64,000 bases of DNA from Raillietiella orientalis (taxonomy: Eukaryota). Position 1 is the first letter of the stretch. The number at the start of each line of letters is the position of its first letter. The position numbers were made by a program, and so were the translations under genes. The notes beneath the pieces are model-generated. The model made no database searches. It was not told the DNA's origin and was given only the letters and a program-made list of their open reading frames with translations. The stretch covers positions 2,480,001-2,544,000 of the forward strand of contig JAYWIR010000005.1 of NCBI GenBank assembly GCA_036172245.1, in the 5' to 3' direction. This document shows positions 1-10,665 of the stretch, one piece after another.

Positions 1-684
1 CCCTGCAGTCGCCGAGCCTGAACAGCCCGCCCCCATGGAGGAGGGCCAACAGGTAGGCGCGACCTCACCTGAGGGTGACCCGCTTGACGCGCCGTTACCC
101 ATGGAGGAGGGGGACCAGGTGCCCGCAGCGCCTGACCCTCCTCCTCCACCTGGCGTCCCGCCCCAACAGGTGGCGGACGCCGCATCGCCATCTTCCCAGG
201 AGTAACACCTGGGCTCGCCAGTCGCCGTCGGATTCGCGCCGCCTGTTGGAACGTCAACGGGCTGCGCGACGACGGTAACAGGCGAGATACGGCCGACACC
301 CTGCGTGAGCTCGACCTGGCCCTGCTGCAGGAGATCCACGTGATCACCGCGGCAGACGCCCAGGAGATCGAGACGATCGCGGAGGGTCGGTTGTATTGGC
401 GGTGCGGCCTCCGCAACACCTGCGGGGTCGCGTTCTTCGTGAAGCCGGCCATCGACGCTGCCGTAAAGGGCGTGCGGTTTGATGACGACGGTCGGATCGG
501 TCAGCTGATTCTCAGCTGGTCCGTCAGACCATTCTCAGCGTCAACGTTGTCGGACCATTCCCGGTTAATTTTCGAGATGCGGTCTCCCGACAAGGGACCG
601 CCATGCAGGGACTAGCGTCTGCCGGGGGACTGGACGCGACTCTCAGTTGCGAAGGAACACCTTCGCGAATACCTGAGAGGCGTC

Positions 685-701
685 ACGCTCCGGAATCTCC
701 A
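685..701 (+). repeat. Left TSD of E1 (acgctccggaatctcca)
   Basis: Identical to 6235-6251. Confidence 0.95.
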
Positions 702-914
702 TTGAAACCCGGGTGTGCCGGGACGTTTATTCTCACGAAGAAACCTATACAATCTGTGACTGGACCAGTAGTCCAGCCACGCCCTGGAAAGATATAGCTT
801 GCCGGGCTACCGGTGCGCAGACCGGCGCGGTCGACCTCGGCAGCAGAGGGGAGGGGGAACGAAACAAAAAGAAAACAAAAAATAAACAAAAATCAGGGAG
901 GAAGCGGGAAGGGA

Positions 915-3900
915 TCACAGTCTGCTGGGAGGGTCCGTCATCCTCTGGAGGATGCCGGCAAGCTGTTTCTGCGTGTGTGGTTCCAGATGGGGCCATCGCG
1001 TCGCCATCCTGAGGAAACAGGCGGCATACACGTTGGCATCCCTGTCGCTGGATCCTCCCGTCGACTTGCTCCATGCCACGACGATCCCGCGTAGGCAGCA
1101 CAGGGCTGCAAGCGAGGCCGCTGGAGGCAGGGCGTCACGGACGAAGAGGGGGCGCAAAGCGTCTCTGGGGTTGCCTCCGGGGATCCCCAGGGCTGCGGCA
1201 AAGCGTTCCCACAAGGGACGGAGGGCAACACAATCCACTAACAGGTGGGGGAGGTATTCCCTCTCCCCGCACCTGACACAATTAGGGTTGACACCCCCCC
1301 TCGTCCAGTGGTGTCGGCGGGCGTTGCAAGGAAGCCCCCAATGCAACACCAGCAGTGCCGACTGTTGCCACTTCATGGGGAGGGTGCGCGAGTCCATGAG
1401 CACCGGGGGCCACTCGAGATGTTCCTCAGGAACATCCAGTAGCTCTCCCCAGCGCAACAGTCCATTTGGGGTGGTCCTCGGAATCGCAGCGTTGGTGAGC
1501 TGACCCGTTCTCCAATCCCCGATCTTCTTTGCCCTGCTGGAGATCTTGACAGTAACCTCCCATTGTGCCGCGACGTCGCTGCCCAGATGTTCCCGTAGGG
1601 TAGGCAGTACCGCAGCAAGGAAGGTTCTTTGTTCCCACGCTCTCCTTCGGGGATTCTCGATGATTTCTCGGAGCGTGCGGCGGGCATGCGGCCCGAACAG
1701 AGCTATTCGCTCGTGTTGCGGGCTCTGCTCCTGAATCATCGCCCACGTGCGGACGGTTTCCTGCAACCAGGCAGGACCGTTCGCGGGGCGTACGAGGTTC
1801 CGCGCCGAGTTGTTCTTCACGAGCTTGACCGCCCTCCGAAGTTGAAGTCCGCAGTGGCAGATGGGGCTTCGGAGTGCAAAGTAGGACGAGAGTCCTGCAT
1901 TGCCGGTGGCCCGCTCGAGGAGGAGACGTGCAGGGAGGCACCAAGGGGTGCACCAATTTTCTGCCATAAAGGCAACAACTCGGAACTGGAGCTGAAGCTC
2001 CAGCCGCTCCATCGTCAGGAGGCCCAGACCACCATCCCGACGAGGAGCGCACAAGTCCGAAAGACGGACTCGGGGCCTCCCTCTGCCCCAAAGGGCGATC
2101 CTCAGGAGGTCCTTCGTCCTCTTCTTTGACTCCGCTGAGGGGGGGCAAACAAAAAGCAAGGGGCGAAGGAGGGGGGCCGCAAACGCGTTCCACGCCGCGG
2201 CCCGTTCCTGCAGGTAGAACCTGCCGTCCTGGAACGGGCCGATCGCCGCCTGAGCCTTCTGAAGGCAGCCAGACCACGCTTCCCCAGTGGAGTAGTCCCC
2301 CAACGGCACACCAAGGTACTTGAAGTACCTCACCGTGGGGATCCCCAAACGGACCCAGTCCTGCTGCCCTGCCCACGCCGCTCCGATTGGCATTACGGAC
2401 GACTTCGCCCTGTTCACCGTCAGTCCTGTTCCCCGACTCAGTAGGTCGAAGAACTCCTCGACCGCCGCAGCCGGGGTGGACATAGGCAGCAGCAGCAGAA
2501 GGTCGTCCGCGTACGCCGAAACCGCTGGCGTACCGGGACAATCGCACGGCAGGTGCGCCAGAGTCTCCCTGTACGCTCTCAGCACCAATTCGAAATAGGC
2601 GCTGGAGAGCAAGGGGCTGAGGCTGTCTCCCTGCCGTATGCCGCGTCGCACCGGTACGCCGTACACGGTGGATCCACTAAAAAAAGCATTAATAAGCGCT
2701 TCGCGCCAGAAGGAGCGCAGGTAGGCCAGCAAAGAGGCCGGGAAGCCCAAGCGTTCCAGAAGCTCCAAAAGGAGATTCGGGTCGACGCAATCGAATGCTT
2801 TATGCAAATCGACTGCGACCGCGAGGGCTCCTGTCCCCTCCCGACCATTTCGTCCCCCACCGACGGACGCACCTGAATTCCGGTTGCTTATTATGCTCCT
2901 TCCTTGTTGGAGCTCTAACCATGTGGAAGCGTGGAACAGGTTCGCCTCCATACTTCGCCCGGGAACAGCATATGTCTGTTCCGAGCTGATGAAGATGTTG
3001 GCGACCCGTCCCAGGCGCTCTGCCCACAGCTTGGCTAGCAACTTGGCGTCCGCATTCACTATTGTGATGGGACGCCAGTTGTTCATGCTCCTAAGGTCTC
3101 CTCCCTTAGGAAGGAGCCGCACCTTTGCTGAACGAAACGAGGTGGGAACGTCACCTGTTTTGCGGATCAGCAAGGTGAGTTGCTGTACCAGGGGGGTAAG
3201 CTCAGCCGCGAAAGTTTGGTAAAACTCCGCGGGCAGGCCGTCCACCCCTGGAGCCTTCCGCCTCTTGAGCTTTCCGATGGCCGAGAGGATCTCGTCCATC
3301 GTGAAAGGCTCGTCGAGACTTCTTTTCTCCTCCTCTCCGATCGCTGGTGCACCTTCCAGAAGCAGAAGTCGTGAGACGTCTCGTTCCGGACGCGCCCTGG
3401 CGTACAGGGAGGAGTAAAATTTCCTCACTATCCCGCGTTTCTGAGCGGGAACCGAGTGCTCCCGGCCCTGGTCGTCCAGCAAGCTGGCCGACCCGGATTG
3501 CCAGGCTTGCCTCTCGGCTCCCGCTCGATACTCTGCTAACCTGCGCATGTCGGAGGTTCTCGCGTAACGTCGGGTCTCAAGATAGCACCTTTCGTTACGC
3601 GGCCCCTCTTCAAATCCCGCAGGTAGGCGATGCAGGGGGAACTGGTCGCAGAACTCCTGGACCGACCGCTTGAAGCGGTCCCAGTCCTGAAGTGTCTGCA
3701 TCCTGAAGCTCCAAATAAACGCGCGGAGGTGCTCCGCCGCGTCGGAAAACTTCAGCCAGTGTCCTGGCAGACGCCACGCTGACGAGGGGGGGCCCTTGTC
3801 GCACGGACGCACTTCGAACATGATCCGACCATGGTCCGACAGCTCGGATGGTACCTTGCCGCGCCTGCCCACCCGAGAGCATAGGTGCTGATCAAGGTAC

Positions 3901-4496
3901 ACGTGATCGATGCTGCTTTCCATGGCCGTGTCCCCGGCCAACAAGTTGCGCGTGTTCATTTCTGCGCACAACTCGTTGACGCGGTCGTTCAGTGTATCCT
4001 GCGCACCTGAAAGCAGGCGCAGGTTGAAATCACCTGCGATCAGGTGCGCTTTGCGAACTCCTGCATCAGTCAGCCAATCGCGTCTTAGGGCAAGGTAGAA
4101 TTCTTTTCTTGCCTTCGCCCTCAACGCGTTGTTTCCGCTAGGAGCGTATAGGTTGGTGACGACCAGGTCGAAAGAGTCGGACCAGAAGAGAGTCAGCTGA
4201 CCGACGCGACCTGCGTCATCGAACCGAACGTCCTTTATTGCGGTATCGATGTCTGGCCGAAGCAGGAAGGCGACACCGCTTGATTTCGCGGTGCCGCAAC
4301 ACCACAACAGCCGCCCACCCGAGATCCGTTCCATCTCCCGGGCTTGATGTGCGGAGATCACGTGGATCTACTGCAGCAGCTCCAGGTCGAAGGATGACAG
4401 GGTGGCGGCCACGTCACGCCTCTTGCCGTCGTCGCTTAGCAGGTTCACGTTCCAACAGGCGATCAGAAGACGACGGCGAGAGGCGACTTCCGGCAT
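915..4496 (-). pseudogene. E1 ORF2: APE endonuclease, reverse transcriptase, C-terminal CCHC Zn finger; one nonsense codon
   Basis: ATG at 4496. Motifs CWNVN, LQ*IH (TAG at 4368-4370 replaces the catalytic Glu), NLYAP, GDFN, IDH, SDH, APGVDG, WRPIT, DLHKAFD, RQGDSLSP, YADD, KYLG, CVRC...H...C. Otherwise open for 1148 codons. Confidence 0.95.
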
Positions 4497-6152
4497 TATG
4501 GCTGGGAAAGTGGCGTCGCGGCACCTGCCGCGGGGCAGGTGTAGGAAAGGTCCATCGGTACGAGGACCATCGGAACGAGGACGGAGGCCTCTTCAGGCGC
4601 CTGGGGTACCTGTTCGGCCTCCATCCTAACCATCCCCTCCGTGTCCAAGCGTGGAATTCTCTCGGGCGACGGGTCCCGGGAGTTTCCCACGCTCATGGCA
4701 CCCTCGCTACCGGAAGCCATCTCTTCCCCTTCGTCGGGGGAGACGATCTTCCGGGGCATTGTGGACTTTCGTCCTGCCTTTTTGCGGGGTGCCGCGGAGA
4801 TGGATGCTGTGTTTCCGGCCTTCACCTCGGGGTCGGAAGTGGCCGACTCCTAAGGGGAAGCCGGACGCCTGACGGCCTTCTTGCCAGCCTTGGGGGCAAC
4901 CGGCTGCAACGAGGCAGCCAGCTCCTCCGCGGCGCACTCGAAGGCGACGTCATCGAGCGTGGGCTCGATGACGGACGCCGCCGCCTCGCTCCCCTCCTTG
5001 TTGACTTTGTCAACGGAGGGTTGAGCAGGGGCAGCAGCGAGTTCTTTAGCGCCGCATTCGTCGATGGCGGGAATCCGCTCTACAACGACGCAGCAGCTTT
5101 TAATTTTTTCGCGGCGCAGAGCGGTTTCGCTCCGTTTCGCCACGTTCTTTCCCTTCTTATGGGAGTTTTTCTTGGGATGGACCTTCTGCCACCCTGGCTC
5201 TTGACCTTCGCCCTCGACCTTTTTGGCGTTTTTCGCCGGGGTCTCGGGGCTGGCCTTCGCCTTGGTGGCGGAAGTGACCTCCTTATCAGCAGCACGAGCT
5301 GCCAGCTTTTTCCTCTTTTTAGCCACGCGCTTTCTCGCGCTTTTCGCGGACACGACGCGGACTGTGTTTTGGGGGCACACCAGACGGGTGTGCCCCGCTT
5401 GTTTGCATTGCTGGCACTGCACGCTCAGACACATCATTTTAAGGTGACCAAAGCTGCTGCAGCAGCCGCAAAACTTGGGTTTCCCCACGTACCACACGTC
5501 AACGGATTCACCGTTGACGGTGAGTTTGTGGGGAACCTCACATCCCTCGCGAACCGTCACTCGCGCTGCATCCAGGCCGCCAAGCACCCCGTCGTAATCG
5601 ACAAAAGAAGTAGGCTTTCCCCACAGCGCGTGGACAGTTGCGAATTTTTCCAATTCGTTCCGGACGGTCTCCTTTGTCATCCGGAACGTGATACTGGTCA
5701 GGTGAATGATCACCGACCGGTCTTCAGTAATTGGGAGAAGCCTCCGGCTGCCCATAATTACGGGGGTTCGCAGAAGTCTCTGCGCAAGAGTTGCCTCCCT
5801 GCAGATAACTTCCACAAATTGACCCCCGCTTTTGACGGACATAGCCAGAAGCTCCTCTTTCTGTACGCCGAGAACGCGCATCGCCTGTGAGAAGGCGCGC
5901 GCGCTCTCGGGAGAATATAGAACGCCTAAATTATATAGAAGGGGTGGGTTATACCCCTCCTCCAGGTAAGCGCGCATTTCCGCCATAGCCGCTGGCGTAG
6001 GTGCCGCAGCTACGGCGTTCCAAGCCCTGGGTAGGGCCGGGGGCGCATCCGTGCTGGCGGGAGCCTCCACTGATGCGGGAGCCCCACCTCCATCTGCTCC
6101 GGGGGCAATGAGGTCATCGCCCCGGATCCTCACCGGTGGTGGTATCAGGCAT
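4496..6152 (-). pseudogene. E1 ORF1: gag-like protein with two CX2CX4HX4C knuckles
   Basis: CGCCSSFGHLKMMC and CQQCKQAGHTRLVC. ATG at 6152 is homologous to the F ORF1 start (MPD.TT). N-terminal frameshifts and an in-frame TAG at 4850; the frame continues to TAA at 4496. Confidence 0.9.
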
Positions 6153-6234
6153 TGCTGCCTAATCCTCCACCCACACCACGCACAAGCACGAACGGAAATG
6201 GAACTCGGGAGCAACGAAAGGACACGTCCGCTCG

Positions 6235-6251
6235 ACGCTCCGGAATCTCCA
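6235..6251 (+). repeat. Right TSD of E1
   Basis: Identical to 685-701. Confidence 0.95.
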
Positions 6252-8049
6252 GGACTGGGACCTTTTTAAGGAATCGGTCCGCGAGTTCTGTGAGCAGTTC
6301 CCACTGGATCGCCTGCCCCCCGGATTCGGCGGGCCTATTTACAGGCTCGTAGGTACGAGTGAACCCCTAATGTCCGTCGCCTGGCCGAGTACCGCGCCAG
6401 GGCCGAACGCCAAGCCTGGCAATCCGGGTCGGCCAGCTTGCTGGACGACCAGGGCCGGGAATGCTCGTCCCCGGCGTCGGTACGGCATCTCGTGCGGAGT
6501 TTTCATTCCTCACTTTACGCCAGGGAGCCCCCGGATCGAAACGCCTCTCGGCGCTTGCTTCCGGATGACGCCCCGGCAATAGGGGAGGAGGAGATGGAAA
6601 GCCTCGACGAGCCTTTTACCACCGGCGAAATTCTCGCCGGTATCAAAAGGCTCAAGAGGCGTTAAGCTCCAGGGGAAGACGGCTTGCCCGCGGAGTTCTT
6701 TCAAAGCTTCGCGAAAGAGCTGGCACCCCTGCTGCTTAAGTTGATCAGGCTGATCCGAGACGAAGGCGATGTTCCCGCCTCGTTTCGGTCAGCCAGAGTG
6801 AGGCTCCTTCCTAAAGGGGGAGACCTCAGGGATTTAAAGAACTGGCTTCCGATCACGATCGTGAATACGGACGTCAAGTTGATAGCAGGGCTATGGGCTT
6901 CGCGTCTGGGGAAGGTGGCAGAATCCGTAATTAGCCCGGAGCAGACTTATGCTGTTCCCGGGCGAAGTATGGATTCCAACCTCTTCTTCGCCAGCACATG
7001 GGTGCACCTGCAGAGAAGAGAGAAGAAAGGGATAGGGAAAGTCGGCAACCCCATATTGGGGCCGCCAGCCGGGCTGGGAAGGGACCCCCGGGCAGGGAAG
7101 GGGGCCCTAGCGCTCGCAGTCGATCTCCACAAGGCGTTCGACTGTGTAGACCAGGAACTCCTCTTGGAGCTCTTAGGTCATATGGGCTTCTCATCCTGCT
7201 TGATTTCCTACCTGCGCTCTTGCTGTCGGGACGCGATTATCTCAATCTGTTTTAGCAGTCAGAAGGTTTTTGGCATTCCGTTGCGGCAAGGCATAAGTCA
7301 GGGTGATAGTCTCAGTCCCCTGCTCTTTAGCAAATACTTTGTGTTGGTGCTGAGAGTATATAGGGTGACTTTGGCCCCCTTTCCGAGCTCGTGCCCCGGC
7401 ACGCCCGCCGCAGCAGCGTATGCCGACGGTCTTCTGCTTTTGTTGCCGATGTCCACTTTGGCAAAGTCGGTCGGGGATTTCTCCGATCTGCTTAGCCGCG
7501 GGACCGGACTACAGGTCAACAGGGCGAAATCGTCGGTGGTGCCAATAGGTGCGGCGTTGGCAAAGCAGCAGGACTGGGTCCGTTTGGGGATCACCACGGC
7601 CAGGTGCTTGAAGTACCTTGATGTGCCGTTGGGGGATTATTCCCCTTCGGATGCGTGGTCCATCTGCCTCCGTGAAGTCGAAACGGCGATCGGCCCGTTC
7701 CTGGAAGGCAAGTTTGACTTGCCCGAACGGGCCGGTGCTTGGAACGCTTTCGCGGCCCCCATCCTCCGCCCCTTGCTTTTTTTTGCATCGTCTTCTTTGA
7801 ATGAAAGAAGCGAACGAAGGAACTCGTCCGCATAGCCCTTTAAGGCAAGAGAGGCCCGAGCCCCTTTGAAGGATTTGTGCTTCCCGCGTCGGGACGGCGG
7901 TCTCAGCCTCCTGACGCTGGAGCGCGTGGAGAAACAGATGCGATGGCGCACCCTTGCCATTGCAGCGAAGCTATGGAGCACCCCTTGGTGCATTCCGGCC
8001 CGCCTTCTCGACAGCCGTGTGTCCCAGTGCGAGAGACTCGCGTCCCTTG

Positions 8050-10665
8050 GCCTTCATCTGGTCCCAGTCTTGGAGATTCCGGAGGATGACGCCTCGCAGT
8101 ACTTAGCGGAAATGTTCCGCCTCACCTGAGATGCGCGTCCAGTCCCCGAGGATACGCCACGCTCTGTATGGTGGTCGTTTGTCGCGAGGCATAACCTCGA
8201 ATATCAACCAGAAATGGTCCGATAGCGTCCACGGAAGTTTCCCTCGTCTGCCGACCCGTGGGCACAGGTTGGCGTCAAGGAATACGTGGTCTACGCTTTG
8301 GACCATTTCCGGTAGGTCCCTCAACAAGTTGCGCGTGCGCATAGCAGCGCACAGCTCGTTGGCTGCGTCTTTTTGCCCGCAAGGCACACCTGAGAGCAGG
8401 CGGATGTTGAAATCCCCACCGATCAGATGTGCCTTGCGTACGTTTGTATCCGCCAGCCAGTCGCGCTTGAGGGTTTCGAGGAACCGGGAACGTTCCCCGT
8501 ACCCGCGTCCTCCGCTCGGAGCGTACACATTAGTCACGACAAGGTCGATAGAGTCGGACCATCTAAGGATAAGCTGGCCAACCCGACTGTCCTTGTCGAA
8601 TCGCACGTCCTTGACGAAGGAAGCGACTGCTGGCTTCATAAAAAACGCGACGCCACAGGTGTTGCGAGCGCCTCATTGCCAAAATAGACGACCCCCTGCG
8701 ATCCTTTCGATCTCCTGTGCGTTCTCCGCGGTGATCACGTGGAGTGCCAGGTCGAAGTCACGCAGGGTGTCGGCCATGTCTCGCCTGTTGCCGTCATCGC
8801 GCAGCCCGTTGACGTTCCAGCAGGCTACGCGGATCCTACGGCGACAGGCGAGCCCAGGTGTTAATCCTGGGAAAGTGGCAATGGTGCTCCCGCCTCCTTG
8901 TCGGGTGGGATGCTAGGAGGAGGAAGTGGGTCGCGCACCGCTTCTCCCTCCTCCATGGAGGCCGAGTCTTCGTCAGGGACGTGCAGAGGAAGGGGGGTTT
9001 TACCCACCTGTACTTTCTCCTCCATTAGGGTCGCCAGCTGCATGGTGTCGGGAAATGAGAGATTCCCACCCTCGCCTCCCACGCTGCCGGCTTTTCCCTC
9101 AAGTGCCAGTTCATCCTCCTCCTTCTTGATCCGTATGCGCCTCCTGGGATTCTGGGACTTGCGTCCCGTCTTCATTTGTGGCGCCTTCGTTAAGAAGGAC
9201 GCACTTCCGACATCCGGTTCGGCCTCATTTGCATCCGGAGACTTCCTCGCGGCCGGCCTTCGTAAGCCTTTCCGAGAGTTCTTCTCACGGCCTTGCAGTT
9301 CAGCCGCGAGTTCTTCCACCGCCTGCTGGAAGGCGGCCTGCTCGATCGCGTCGAGCGCGGCGCGCTGTTCCCCCTGTTTCTCCAGAGGGTTCGCCATCGA
9401 CCGTCGCGGCTTCGGCGGACGCGACGGGGGGGATTGCTTCCCCGGTGGCGGCATCGAGTACCTCCACACGCTCTAATTTTTCGGAACAAGCCCGAAGTTT
9501 TTCGCGGCACGGTATTTTGCGCTGCGTTTTTGTTTTCCCCGCGCTTCGTTCGGGACTCCTGGGCTTTCTTCTGGGCTGTACCGTCTGCCAGCCTTCGCCG
9601 TCGCCAGCGTCGTCGGGAGTGCTCTCAACAAATGTTTGCTTGGATGGCTTAGGGACTGGCATCTGGCTCTTTACAGCCTGCTTCATGGTATTCGTCTCTC
9701 CCGTTCGTTTCCCCTTTGCCTTTTTGGCAGCGGGAGGGACCGGGATTTCTCGTCTTGGGCACACCTTGCGGATGTGGCCCTTGTTTCCACATAAGTGGCA
9801 TTAGATGTTAGGGCACCGTTTTTTTAAGTGCCCTTTAGCATCGCAATGGCCACAATACTTGGGCTTTCCCACGTACCAAACATCGACTTTTTCTTCGCCG
9901 ATATTCAGTTTGTGGGGAAGCCCACCATTCTCTGGTAGGGTGACGCGGGCTACGGCCATCCCACGGAATAGTCTTCCGTACGTTCGGAAGACATTGGGTT
10001 TGGCCCAATACGCTTGCACACTACTATGCTTCGACAACTCCTCATGGACGCTGGTTTTGTCCATTTGGAGTGATACGCCAGTGAGATGGACCACGACGGA
10101 GCGGTCCTCCGTCACAGGGAAGATCCTGCGGCCGTCCACCGTGATGGGGGTGTTCAGCAGTCGCTGTGCCAGACTTGCCTCTTTGCATGTCAGCTCAACT
10201 TGCTGGCCCCCACTAAGGACGGATAGGCCTAAAAGGTCTTCTTCCCTCACGTTCAACCTTTGCAGCTCCATTTCGAAGGAGCGTGCAATTTTTTCATCAA
10301 ACACACTGCCTACCTTATTGATCAGAGACGGCTTGTAGCCGCTGTCCTTGTAGGCAGTCTGCTCCGCTACTGCATCCGGGGATGGTGCAGGAACGACGTC
10401 ACTCCAACTCCTCGCCAATGGCGAAGAAGGTCGCGAAGGGGCGGTTGCCCCTGATTCCGATGGGGCAAGTGCCCCGGATTCCGTGGGGGCGGATGCCCCC
10501 ACTTTCATTGGTGGAGGAGAACATGTCGCTTCTCCTCCTCCAACTTCCATCGCGGTGTCCTCAGGCATTTCTGCCATGGGACACCGGTGCTCCCATACAC
10601 CAGACAACCAACGAAATGCTTACCACTAACCAGTCCGTGGAGCGATTCCAAACCACCTCCGCTGC
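8050..10665 (-). mobile_element. 3'-truncated Tx1/L1-like element E2 (ORF1 and APE)
   Basis: ORF1 fragments 9801-10607 (CGHCDAKGHLKKRC), 9300-9764 and 8861-9469. APE at 8103-8860 (NVYAP, GDFN, VDH, SDH). 5' motif near 10640-10665. Confidence 0.9.

Larger units (their letters stand above)
702..6234 (-). mobile_element. Near full-length Tx1/L1-like retrotransposon E1
   Basis: 5' motif, ORF1, ORF2 and 3'UTR are all present. Bounded by a perfect 17-bp TSD. Confidence 0.95.

Noticed and set aside
4499..4510. Canonical -1 slippery heptamer T TTC CCA at the ORF1/ORF2 junction
   Set aside because: The heptamer is phased in the ORF2 frame, not ORF1, and the TTT is not conserved in all copies.
4238..5890. 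550-aa + strand ORF and many similar 100-370 aa overlapping ORFs
   Set aside because: These are antisense or alternative-frame shadows of GC-rich ORF1/ORF2. They have no motifs and are not preserved at comparable length in homologous copies.
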